From Collinsella sp. (GTDB taxonomy: Bacteria; Actinomycetota; Coriobacteriia; Coriobacteriales; Coriobacteriaceae), in NCBI GenBank assembly GCA_048373195.1, contig DBGDZK010000183.1, forward strand, positions 1-54,821: DNA of 54,821 nt. The letters are read 5' to 3'. The position numbers and the translations under genes are program-made. Of this stretch, positions 30,391 through 42,961 are shown piece after piece; position 1 is the first letter of the stretch, and each line of letters opens with the position of its first letter. The notes under the pieces are model-generated. The model was not told the DNA's origin. It saw only the letters and a program-made list of their open reading frames with translations, and ran no database searches.

Positions 30391-32043
30391 GTGGCGGGTA
30401 GATTGGGGCCTTCCTTGATTCGATGCGTTCTCTCGAGGTTCATCAGAGCAAAAGGGGCTTTCGTCTTCATTGCTATCACGGTGATTGGAACCGCTCTCTC
30501 CTATGCCATGCCATACGTGAACGGGAAATTCTTAGATTTTCTTCTCGGTAACCGCAGCGAAAGAGACGCCGTACTCTTCGCGCTCCTGGTTGCGTCAATA
30601 GGAGTTTTCTCCACCCTCTTTACTTATTTTGCAGGAACACTTTCCATTCGCATAACCACGAGACTTTCCTTTGATCTTCTCAGGGAGGCCGTCTTGCGTT
30701 TTGAAAGAGACGATTACTTGGTGAGTCGGACCATCGATCCAGCCTATACAACGCAACGGATTATTTCCGACTCCAGCGTGGTCTCATCCTTCGTTTTGGC
30801 GAATTTTATCAGTGCGCCGCTGTCCATTGTAGCCATTCCCATCGTATTGCTTATCATATGGTCAATTGATTCAACTCTCGCGGTGTTTTCCATCATTCTC
30901 CTCATCGTGTATTTCTGTGTAATTACTGGGTTGAGGAAACTTTTGTATAGGGTCACGTATGAGAAGAAAGAGGCGGACAGCGCCTTTTACGCCGCAATTG
31001 CATCGCAGCTTAATCAGATTCTCAACATTCAACTGACATCTTCGTACGGCAAGAGCGAACAAGCGCTCGACGCTGGGTTTAAGAGCTATTTTCCCAAAGT
31101 TTTGCGCTCCGGAAAGCTATCATATTCTCTGACATCGCTCGATGGTCTTTTCGCAGCGTTGTTTCAAGCGGTGATACTTGTTGTTTCCGGAGTACGAATC
31201 ATTAACGGAACTATGTCAATAGGCGAGTACACTATCATCGGTACATACTTCGCGGTTCTCTTTAAGACTTTGAAAAGTATGATGTCATTGTTCAAATCCT
31301 ATCAAGATGCCAAAGCATCATGGGATAGGACGGCTATCGCGACGAGAGAAAAGGAGAGATCGGGGTGGAATCGGACCGATTTAGCTAAACTCGATGAAAT
31401 AAATGACATTTCGGTATCTGATTTGGAATTCTCGGTTGCCCTTCCAGACGGATCTGTCCGAGAGGTCCTCGGCGGGTTTTCTTTCAAGTTTTCCGGTCCT
31501 GGTACATATTGCATAGTTGGGGAAAACGGAAGAGGCAAGACGTCACTTCTTTACTTGATGCTCGGGCTATACTCATCGAAAGGCAAAGTAAAATACAACG
31601 GCGTGCCAATCGAAGAATGCGACTTGGATTACATACGTGCGAGAGAGATATCGTGCTGCCCACAGTCGTGCTTCGCGCCGGACGAAACGGTGAAAGAGCT
31701 GTTAGAGTATTTCGACACGCCCTTTTCTTCCTATCACCGGGGTGTAGATGGCCTACTTTCGCTGGAAAACAGCGTGAAGGAGTTGCTCGGGAAACGTTGC
31801 TCCGCGCTTTCGGGCGGTGAGCTGCGCCGAGTGTACTTATGGTCGGCGATTTCACGCAAGTCGTCAGTTTTGGTACTCGACGAGCCCACGACTGGGTTAG
31901 ACGCTGTAAGCCGCGCCGAGCTTGCGGCCTATGTTAAGCGCAACAAGCAAAGCCAGCTGATCATCGTTGTCTCTCACGATGACGAGATGGTCGGCGCGGT
32001 AGAAGGGGTAGTGGATTTAGGCAGCATGTACCAGGGTAAATGA
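30391..32043 (+). CDS. ABC exporter (fused TMD-NBD, no C39 domain)
   Basis: About six TM segments; GENGRGKT, LSGGE, LVLDEPT, VSHD. Confidence 0.9.
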   Translation: MAGRLGPSLIRCVLSRFIRAKGAFVFIAITVIGTALSYAMPYVNGKFLDFLLGNRSERDAVLFALLVASIGVFSTLFTYFAGTLSIRITTRLSFDLLREAVLRFERDDYLVSRTIDPAYTTQRIISDSSVVSSFVLANFISAPLSIVAIPIVLLIIWSIDSTLAVFSIILLIVYFCVITGLRKLLYRVTYEKKEADSAFYAAIASQLNQILNIQLTSSYGKSEQALDAGFKSYFPKVLRSGKLSYSLTSLDGLFAALFQAVILVVSGVRIINGTMSIGEYTIIGTYFAVLFKTLKSMMSLFKSYQDAKASWDRTAIATREKERSGWNRTDLAKLDEINDISVSDLEFSVALPDGSVREVLGGFSFKFSGPGTYCIVGENGRGKTSLLYLMLGLYSSKGKVKYNGVPIEECDLDYIRAREISCCPQSCFAPDETVKELLEYFDTPFSSYHRGVDGLLSLENSVKELLGKRCSALSGGELRRVYLWSAISRKSSVLVLDEPTTGLDAVSRAELAAYVKRNKQSQLIIVVSHDDEMVGAVEGVVDLGSMYQGK

Positions 32044-32634
32044 TGACAAGTGTAGTGCTACCCAACTGGCAGAGATAACAAAAAGGCGATGCAGATGCAC
32101 GTAGCATTCAGGCGGTTCGGACTCGGTGCCTTCACGCCATCGCAACGCTTTCAGATATAGTTCTCGTTCTCTTACTAAAGGAAACTTTAGTCTACGTCAT
32201 CTTGTCGAGACAGAGGTGAAGCGAAGTGTTGTCGCGACGTATCTTATTCCAGGTGGCTCAGTATCAGCGTGAGAATCGCACCAAAGTGTACTTACGATTC
32301 TCGTGTCCCACGGACAACATGAGCTGAGCATTGAGGTTCCACCCTTTGCTGCAACTACACGGGGTTGGACGGCAATGAATATGCCGGGCCGCATACCACG
32401 CGCAGCGGGGGTCCATGTCCCAGTATGTTGCCTACAGCAGCCTCGATGTCCACGCACACATCATCTCTGCCTTCGCGTTCAATCCATTTGCCGGAGAGTG
32501 CGAGGGTTGCCAGGCCGTAGAATTCGAGCCGAACAAATGAAATGCGGTATCAGCGCATAGGATTAAACTGACGATTGCTTTGCACTGAGAATACGCTTGG
32601 AAAGCCGCTATGGGTGGCGGCCCGGGTTAAATAG

Positions 32635-32679
32635 AGAAGCCCGTCCGATCACTTTCATGTGGCGAACGGTCGGGCTTCT
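32635..32679 (-). terminator. Terminator closing the RiPP transcript
   Basis: AGAAGCCCG..CG / CG..CGGGCTTCT stem ~65 bp after the last small ORF. Confidence 0.65.
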
Positions 32680-32743
32680 TATTCCACTTGCCAATGCTCG
32701 GCTCATATTGGAAGAAAGCTACGCTAATGTTTGCGTGACACTC

Positions 32744-32851
32744 CTATTTTCTCCGAAGAAAGAGTCGGATAATGAAGAATAGAATTAAAAAAGGTGCCAG
32801 ATATAACACAAGTATAAAGGCTAATCCAACGAGACCTTGCAATAATGGCAT
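32744..32851 (-). CDS. 35-aa hydrophobic membrane peptide MPLLQGLVGLAFILVLYLAPFLILFFIIRLFLRRK
   Basis: Translated by hand; strong RBS GGGAGGAG; hydrophobic core and basic C-terminus; not in the ORF track. Confidence 0.65.
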   Translation of the reverse strand: MPLLQGLVGLAFILVLYLAPFLILFFIIRLFLRRK

Positions 32852-32929
32852 AACTCCTCCCAGACACAAGATTTTGGTATTTGTTCCCATCTTATTCTGA
32901 ATTGGACCAAATAGTTCCTAGCCACAAAA

Positions 32930-33109
32930 CTACTCGTCAACTGGATCGCACCAATCTGCTGGCAAAACACAGCTTGATTCTTTATCGACATAGCACCAAT
33001 CCGCAACAGGGCACTCGGCGATGTCGTAAAAATTGCATATATCAACTCCAAGACAACAAGGCTCAACGGGAGGATGTTCATTTGAACCAACAGGATGGAT
33101 ATGCTTCAT
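32930..33109 (-). CDS. RiPP precursor 2 (59 aa) MKHIHPVGSNEHPPVEPCCLGVDICNFYDIAECPVADWCYVDKESSCVLPADWCDPVDE
   Basis: Translated by hand; RBS GAGGAG; paralog of precursor 1; 7 Cys, four CX3D motifs; below the ORF-track cutoff. Confidence 0.88.
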   Translation of the reverse strand: MKHIHPVGSNEHPPVEPCCLGVDICNFYDIAECPVADWCYVDKESSCVLPADWCDPVDE

Positions 33110-33139
33110 AACAGCTCCTCACCTTAATCCAATTAGAGA

Positions 33140-33343
33140 CTACGTTTGATCAATGCCACAGTGATCTACAACGCAGATGCTGCCGCCATCCATGTCATAG
33201 TCGCAGTAATCGTATGCACCACAGCCATCTGCTTTATCATAAACAGTACAGATGTCAGTAATGCCCAAGAGGCAGTCAAAAGACATCGGCTTCACGCCTG
33301 CCTCGTCGCCACTTCCTGGATTAATCGGATGAATATGCTTCAC
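33140..33343 (-). CDS. RiPP precursor 1 (67 aa) MKHIHPINPGSGDEAGVKPMSFDCLLGITDICTVYDKADGCGAYDYCDYDMDGGSICVVDHCGIDQT
   Basis: GTG start after GGGAGG; same MKHIHP leader as precursor 2; 6 Cys each followed by Asp within 3-6 residues. Confidence 0.88.
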   Translation of the reverse strand: MKHIHPINPGSGDEAGVKPMSFDCLLGITDICTVYDKADGCGAYDYCDYDMDGGSICVVDHCGIDQT

Positions 33344-33512
33344 GACTACCTCCCTTTGAGTGCAGAAAAACCTCAATATTGTGTATAACAAACCAAGATG
33401 TCTAGTTCACCATATTTCTAGAATGGTTTCGGCGAACGTAGCAATAAGCTTCGCAGACGGTAATCAGAAGAACGAACACCTCCACAATGGTGACAGCAAT
33501 GCGCTGAACCGC

Positions 33513-34871
33513 TTATTCCGATACAGTAGCTTCTCGTTGATTTTTCTCCTGCGAAGATGAGTGGCGGGAAATAAGGTCAAAAGCCATCTCGTAGCACATT
33601 TTTCTATATTCACATGATGCAGGGTGTAGACTCTTGGGCAAGTAGCCGTGCTCGTCTGCAGCCTCCCAGCTACAGCCCCCACCACAGAAAGACCGAGCCC
33701 AACAGTCCGTACAGTCAATTCTTTTTTCGACACCCTGACTCCAGTTTTCAATATACCTAGTTTCGTCAATTCCGGTGACGATGTTGCCCATTTTGAATCG
33801 CATCATCCCGACAAACCTGTGACAGGGGTATACGTCCCCTTCGGGAGTCACGGAAATAAAACGCCTGCCAGCCCCGCATCCGACAAAGGCGATCCTGTTG
33901 CTCATAATCAAATCAACTGCAGTTTTCAATGTTCTAAACAAGGGCTTTTCCCCTTGATCAATCTGTTTGAGATATTGATCCGCCAAATCTATTAGGCCCG
34001 CCCTGATTTTGTTTAATGAGTGTTCGTCGAGTTTGATATTCTCATCGAATGAGCTCACGGGCGTGAAGTAAATCCTTCTGAAGCCCATCTCTTTAAACTG
34101 AAGATAGTCTTCAACAAGGTTACAGTTATTATTTGTTAAGGTCGCTCTTGCGCCGAAGGGGAACGACTCGGAAAAACGACGAACGTTTTTGTCGATATCG
34201 GAGAAAGAGCCGCCTCCCGTCTTGTACGGGCGCGATGCATCGTGCTTGCATCCTGTACCATCGAGACTAATCAGAACAGAAAACCCGTGCTCCTTGAAAG
34301 AATTCACAGCAGTGTCATTCAAAAGCGTTCCGTTGGTCGTAATAGAATAGGTAAAGTTTCTATTGGGGTATATTCTTTTTGAATAGTCGACCGTTTTCCA
34401 TATCAGCGGCTCGTTAATCATGGGTTCCCCACCAAAAAAGACGATCGCAAGCGTTTCGTTTTCCGATGAACTTGCGACGAGGTAGTCGACCGCCTTGAAG
34501 GCTATCTCGTCTGTCATCAGCAGAGGAGACGTTCCATAATCTCCTTTACCGGCAAAACAGTAACTACAACCAAGGTTGCATGCATGTGAAACGTGGAGTT
34601 CGATGGATCTAAGTTTTCGAGGCGTGTCTTTTGTTAAGAAAGTCCGCTCAGACAATCGTTGATACTCATCAATGTCGTCTTCAAGTTCTGCTATGGTCGT
34701 TTGGTCGTAGCCTTTCGCAGCAAGTGACTTTGTTAGCAACTTCGAGTTGACCGTTCTTCCCGATGCTTCAAATATGCGAAGCGCATCTTCTGATGCTTGG
34801 TCAACCTGAAAGCAATTGCGAGTGACCTCATCGAAGCAGTAACGACGATCACTTACTGAGAAAAAATGCAT
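33513..34871 (-). CDS. Radical SAM/SPASM peptide maturase (SCIFF/CteB/PapB-like thioether-forming type)
   Basis: CNLGCSYC, FFGGEP, TTNG, ISLDG; SPASM CGAG...GDVYPC...CTDCWARSFCGGGC...C; N-terminal RRE-like region. Confidence 0.92.
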   Translation of the reverse strand: MHFFSVSDRRYCFDEVTRNCFQVDQASEDALRIFEASGRTVNSKLLTKSLAAKGYDQTTIAELEDDIDEYQRLSERTFLTKDTPRKLRSIELHVSHACNLGCSYCFAGKGDYGTSPLLMTDEIAFKAVDYLVASSSENETLAIVFFGGEPMINEPLIWKTVDYSKRIYPNRNFTYSITTNGTLLNDTAVNSFKEHGFSVLISLDGTGCKHDASRPYKTGGGSFSDIDKNVRRFSESFPFGARATLTNNNCNLVEDYLQFKEMGFRRIYFTPVSSFDENIKLDEHSLNKIRAGLIDLADQYLKQIDQGEKPLFRTLKTAVDLIMSNRIAFVGCGAGRRFISVTPEGDVYPCHRFVGMMRFKMGNIVTGIDETRYIENWSQGVEKRIDCTDCWARSFCGGGCSWEAADEHGYLPKSLHPASCEYRKMCYEMAFDLISRHSSSQEKNQREATVSE

Positions 34872-35438
34872 ACGTTCCTCAATTTCATGCTGGACTGGCA
34901 CTAACCTTGTTTATTGTTGCGCAGCTATAAAAAACCACCAGCGGGGATTCGGTGTGCGGCCCAATCGGACTCCCAAAAGGTTCTATTTGAGACTGGCAAG
35001 CTTTGTGTTGTTGGCACTTCGACAGCGCTCTTTATTCCAACATGGAGCCTCGCAGTTTGAGTCGACTTGCCTCTGGAAGGTCCGATCTTAACTTGATTTA
35101 GGATGAAAACAGATTACAGGCGCGCTCCTCTAGAAAGAAAGGAAACCAATCGCCGCCTTTCACCAGGAAAGTTTTTATAGCCCACCTCGAGCAAAATGAA
35201 AGATGCGAGAGCGATTGGGGAACAACGCGAATCTCCCCTTTTGGGTGGAAGCGAGCCTTCAGCCACCGGCGAACGACTCGCCCTGGTCAGAATCTGGAAG
35301 TGGTGCCGGGCCGCTTGGGCCTCCCCGGTGACTTCGTGGGGCTTACCTGCCTGACGTCGAGGAGTACATCCGCAAGATTCGTTCCCTATGCCGTTTGCTC
35401 TCACGCCCGCCTTAGTTCCAAGTCGGGCGAGCCGCCGC

Positions 35439-35861
35439 GCTCATGCGACCCGTGGCGGCGACACGTTGACGCCGCGCTCGCTGAGCACATCTTCGGTCGC
35501 GGGCGAGCACGAGGTCGCGCCGGCGCATCCGCTGGGACTGCTGTGCGTGCAAAACGGCTACGTGGTGAGCGTCCCGCGCTGGATTCAGCCGAGTGAGGAA
35601 GGCGTTGAGATCGGCGCGCTGGCAACGGGGGAGGGCGGCATCACCGACGACGTCTCGGCCCGCCATGCCCATATCTGGTGCGACGAGTCTGGCGCATGGT
35701 TTGTCGAGGACCTGTCGTCCACTAACGGCACCGTGGTGGTAAACGGGGCCACGAGTGTGTGTATTCAAGTAGAGCCCGGCCGCTCCGCCCAGCTCAACCC
35801 CGGCGACGAGCTCAAACTCGGCGAATCCACCACCTACGCCATCCTGCTCGGCGCCCTCTAG
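35439..35861 (+). pseudogene. 5'-truncated diverged duplicate of the FHA gene
   Basis: Aligns with the C-terminal ~140 aa of 28223-29125; has a 9-bp deletion and lacks the N-terminus. Confidence 0.8.
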
Positions 35862-35967
35862 CCGGCAGTTAGGGACGTTCCTTTCCTGCCGGTACTTGGG
35901 GACACTCCTTGGCGCGTCAGAGCCAGTCGTCCGGGGATGGAGGGACCATTCTGGCCCTTGGCGGTCA
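35439..35967 (+). repeat. Right copy of the ~530-bp diverged direct repeat
   Basis: Collinear with 28694-29231. Confidence 0.9.
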
Positions 35968-36312
35968 CCCGAGGTAAACCTTTACCGCCCGCCTATATTT
36001 GTCGAAATTACACTTAACGGCGGGGTACAATAAACCCGCATGCGGATTTCCGTTGCGGGCGCTTCCCATCGCCGGGGCGTGCCCGGGAGCATCCGGCATG
36101 CGGCCTTTGCGGCGCTCGGTCATGTGCAAGACGGGCGGTCGGGTCTGTGGGGCGCATCAGCTGCCCCTCGCCTCGGCATGTCTTCTCTCCACGCCACGTA
36201 CCTGCTGCTGAGCCTGCCTGCCAGATGATTGGAAGCAACAGCGTAAATCCCATCACGCCAACATCCCGGCGATCGCCGGGGCCTGTATACCTATATGAGA
36301 GGAGAGGGGTAT

Positions 36313-39852
<3,540 letters not shown>

Positions 39853-39862
39853 GTCTCCCACC

Positions 39863-39987
39863 GCAGGATCTGAGGGCTAACCTTCGCGGACGTCCTCGGA
39901 CATGAAAGAACCCCCGCTGCGCATTACGTGCGGCGGGGGTTCTTTCGTCCTGCGGAGTGTCCGCGAAGGTTAGCCCTCAGATCCTGC
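39863..39987. terminator. Terminator nested in a 125-bp inverted repeat
   Basis: Perfect 29-bp outer arms (39863-39891 and 39959-39987) around GAAAGAACCCCCGC...GCGGGGGTTCTTTC. Confidence 0.8.
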
Positions 39988-40507
39988 TACGGCTACGTCC
40001 TCGGATTGTGTGGGCGGATGACGGATGTGGTTGGTCGGGTATTCCGTCCCCTTCGCTGTTTCGTGGCTTTGCCGCGAAACCTCGCGCCACTTTGGGGATG
40101 GATGGGGGACTTGGCTGTTGCCGCCTTTTCGGAGCCCTTCTTTATTCCTTATGCTGGATGAAAAGCCCCTTGTTTTTGCAGGGGTGCATACTCGACTTAT
40201 AAGTGCATAGAATCTCGTATAGCGCGAGTAAGATATTGCGCTGTCCGTTTTGTGTTTAGCAGAGATGTAGTTTGCATAATCCGACATAATCCTCGCTTCA
40301 TTTAAATAAAGTCGCACGTAAATTACGTAGATATGTCTGAGCTGGAGTTCTGTACGCTGAGCGGATAAAAACGACCGTTCACCGTTCCGCTATTTTCAAA
40401 ATGAATAAAATGAGCGATAAAGAGAATATAAACCTTAATAAACTCGCGTATCGCACGGACGCGGGTTATTAATGGGTTGTAGGCCTTTTACAGAAAGGAT
40501 TCCAGCA

Positions 40508-41470
40508 ATGTCTAAGCCTCTTGGCAAGCCCGATCGTATTGTCGTCGCCCTTGGCGGCAACGCCCTCGGCAACAACCCCGTTGAGCAGATCGAGGCCGTG
40601 AGCAACACCGCCCACGCTCTCCTCGGGCTCATCGAGCAGGGCAACGAAATCATCATCACCCACGGCAACGGCCCGCAGGTCGGCATGATCCAGAACGCCT
40701 TCGCTGCTGCCCACGATGCCATCGGTACCCCCGAGATGCCGCTGCCCGAGTGCGGCGCCATGTCCCAGGGCTACATTGGTTATCACCTGCAGCAGGGCAT
40801 CGGCCGCGAGATGCACAAGCGCTATAAGCGTTGGCACGCCGCCACCGTCGTCACCCAGATCGAGTGCGATCCGGATGATCCCGCGTTCAAGAACCCGACC
40901 AAGCCGATCGGCCCCTTCTACACCGAGGAGCAGGCCAAGGAGTTCATGGCCGAGGATCCCTCCAAGGTCTTCGTCGAGGATTCTGGCCGCGGCTGGCGTC
41001 GCGTCGTTGCTTCCCCCGATCCCAAGAAGATCGTCGAGGCTGACTCCATCCTCAACCTGCTCGACAACGAGTTCATCGTCATCGCCTGCGGTGGCGGCGG
41101 CATCCCCGTCGTCCGCGACTACGAGAACAAGGGCTGCTACAAGGGCGTTCCCGCCGTCATCGACAAGGACCTGGGCGGCGAGCTGCTGGCCGAGGACTGC
41201 GACGCCGACGTTCTGTTCCTGCTGACCGCCGTTGAGCATGTTGCCATCAACTTTGGCAAGCCCAACCAGGAGGAGCTCGAGGACCTCACCGCCGACGAGG
41301 CCGAGCGCCTGGCCGACGAGGGCCAGTTCGGCAAGGGTTCCATGGAGCCCAAGGTCCGCGCTGCCATCAAGTTCGCCCGTTCCCGCAAGGGCCGCACCTG
41401 CATCATCGGCGCTCTGGACAAGGCTGCCGAGACCATGGCCGGCCTCTCCGGTACCCGCATTCACGAGTAG
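40508..41470 (+). CDS. arcC: Carbamate kinase
   Basis: VVALGGNAL, THGNGPQVG, PTKPIGPFY, GWRRVVASP, AVIDKD, GSMEPK. Confidence 0.96.
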   Translation: MSKPLGKPDRIVVALGGNALGNNPVEQIEAVSNTAHALLGLIEQGNEIIITHGNGPQVGMIQNAFAAAHDAIGTPEMPLPECGAMSQGYIGYHLQQGIGREMHKRYKRWHAATVVTQIECDPDDPAFKNPTKPIGPFYTEEQAKEFMAEDPSKVFVEDSGRGWRRVVASPDPKKIVEADSILNLLDNEFIVIACGGGGIPVVRDYENKGCYKGVPAVIDKDLGGELLAEDCDADVLFLLTAVEHVAINFGKPNQEELEDLTADEAERLADEGQFGKGSMEPKVRAAIKFARSRKGRTCIIGALDKAAETMAGLSGTRIHE

Positions 41471-41535
41471 TCTCTACTCTGTTGCCTCTCTCGTGGGCGC
41501 CGGGCAAAGCGCCCACAAACTAGCCTCTCTTCATG

Positions 41536-41568
41536 AGCCCCGCAGTCCGCTCCGGCTGCGGGGCTTTT
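41536..41568 (+). terminator. Intrinsic terminator after arcC
   Basis: AGCCCCGCAG...CTGCGGGGCTTTT. Confidence 0.75.
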
Positions 41569-41604
41569 GCTATTCACCTAGTCATTGGGGACGTTCTTAA
41601 ATGA

Positions 41605-42606
41605 CTAGTAGTAGGCCCACATGGCTTCGACTTCGTTGAGGACCTCTACGACGCCCCAGCGGCGGGCGCTGCGGCTGGCCGAGTTGGGGTCGTAGACGCC
41701 AATCTGGTTGGCATCGTCGATGCCGTAGAGCACGATGTAGTGGCCTACGTTGGTAAACGTACCGGGGCGCACTGCGGCGATGACGGGCGCACCCGAGCGA
41801 AGTGCTTGGGTAATCGATTCGCGATCGTTATAGAGCTGTGTTCCGTTGAGCCCTAGCTGCCACGCACCGCCTGTCATAAACGACCACTCGGTGGCACCGG
41901 TGGGGGCGTAGTTGCCGGCTTCGGCCAGTGCGCATATATCGACCGGCGTCTTATCGGTGTGGCCGGTCTTAAAGATATAGACCATGGTGAGGCAAGTGGG
42001 ACCGCAAGCGTTTTCGCGAATAGTGCCACCGGCATAGGGCAGCTCCGACCATGCGGGGTCAATTTGGTAGATGTGGGGCATGGCGCCGGCCTGCCATTGC
42101 GAGCGTGGGGTCGAGAACGCAAAGGAGTAACCGGGCGCGACGGGAGCTTTAAGCAGCTTGTCCTCGGCAGTGGGCTCAAGACCGGCTGATCCGTGGGAGA
42201 TACAGGATCCCAAAAACACAAAGACGAGGCAGGCGGCGATGGAGCAAAGCGCAAGGCGTAGGCGGCGGGCCGGAAGCGCGTGGCTTGTGGTGTGCGACGC
42301 GGGGTGAGGGGCGGAATTGCCGCGATCGCGTTGAGGTCGCGAAAAGGAGCGCTTGACGTAGTAGTCGGTCTTACGGCGATCGTAGCGGCGTGGTTGCAAT
42401 GTGTCGGTCTGACGTTGGCGTGTGCTCGTACTCACGCGGTCTGACTGCTGCACGGTACGGCTTTGCTGCCGCGAAGAAGCCCCGGGCTGCTCTTGGGGGC
42501 GCTGCGGGTTGTCGTTGTCGGAGGTGCTTCTGGGCGTTGGCGTGGTGCGGCCGGCAAGGCGCACGCTTTGTGGCCGTTGGTCGCCGTCATTGTATCCGTA
42601 TGCCAT
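41605..42606 (-). CDS. Membrane-anchored C39-like cysteine peptidase
   Basis: YQIDPAW, ACGPTCLTM, GHYIVL, VYDPNS; preceded by a TM helix. Confidence 0.85.
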   Translation of the reverse strand: MAYGYNDGDQRPQSVRLAGRTTPTPRSTSDNDNPQRPQEQPGASSRQQSRTVQQSDRVSTSTRQRQTDTLQPRRYDRRKTDYYVKRSFSRPQRDRGNSAPHPASHTTSHALPARRLRLALCSIAACLVFVFLGSCISHGSAGLEPTAEDKLLKAPVAPGYSFAFSTPRSQWQAGAMPHIYQIDPAWSELPYAGGTIRENACGPTCLTMVYIFKTGHTDKTPVDICALAEAGNYAPTGATEWSFMTGGAWQLGLNGTQLYNDRESITQALRSGAPVIAAVRPGTFTNVGHYIVLYGIDDANQIGVYDPNSASRSARRWGVVEVLNEVEAMWAYY

Positions 42607-42961
42607 TCGAATCACCTTGCCTCATATGTAACTTGTCTATCCTACATAAAAAGATGCACGACACATGGGTATGTGCGCCAAAAGCCTGACAAATGGTATG
42701 AACGTTGCCGCGCCGCGCGCCAAGCGTCACGGCAACAGGTATTCAAAAGCAGACAAGATGAAAGCGTCCAAGACGAATGACGTCTCCCGCCGTTCGTCCC
42801 AAAAATGGCGCCGCTCGTTTTGCAGTTCTGCCTTCGGTCGAGCTACAAGCGGCGCTGCTGTGCCAAGGCCGTATCTTAAAGCCACGAAATAAAAGCGCGC
42901 GGCAAAACAGACCGCGCAAGGGGTGACGTCAAGGGGCGTCAAAAAGGAAAGGAGGGGAACA

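Larger units (their letters stand above)
29232..35438. mobile_element. Accessory island carrying a RiPP locus (no integrase or transposase seen)
   Basis: Visibly AT-richer than the flanks and bracketed by direct repeats. Confidence 0.7.

Noticed and set aside
32415..32540. Plus-strand 41-aa ORF containing GECEGCQ (SCIFF-like word)
   Set aside because: Only two Cys, no clear RBS and opposite strand to the maturase; probably chance.
32355..32545. Minus-strand frame with EAAVGNILGHG resembling a HATPase N-box
   Set aside because: No start codon and no further motifs; too weak to call.
32821..33090. 89-aa minus-strand ORF from the track
   Set aside because: Out-of-frame shadow of precursor 2 and the TM peptide, which have RBSs and, for precursor 2, paralog support.
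34983..35087. Cys-containing frame upstream of the maturase (RTFQRQVDSNCEAPCWNKERCRS...) as a third precursor
   Set aside because: No start codon (in-frame TAA just upstream), no MKHIHP leader and no Cys-Asp pattern.
41605..42606. C39-like peptidase as the RiPP leader protease
   Set aside because: It lies outside the island, has host-like composition and membrane-anchored architecture, and the precursors share no double-glycine cleavage site.
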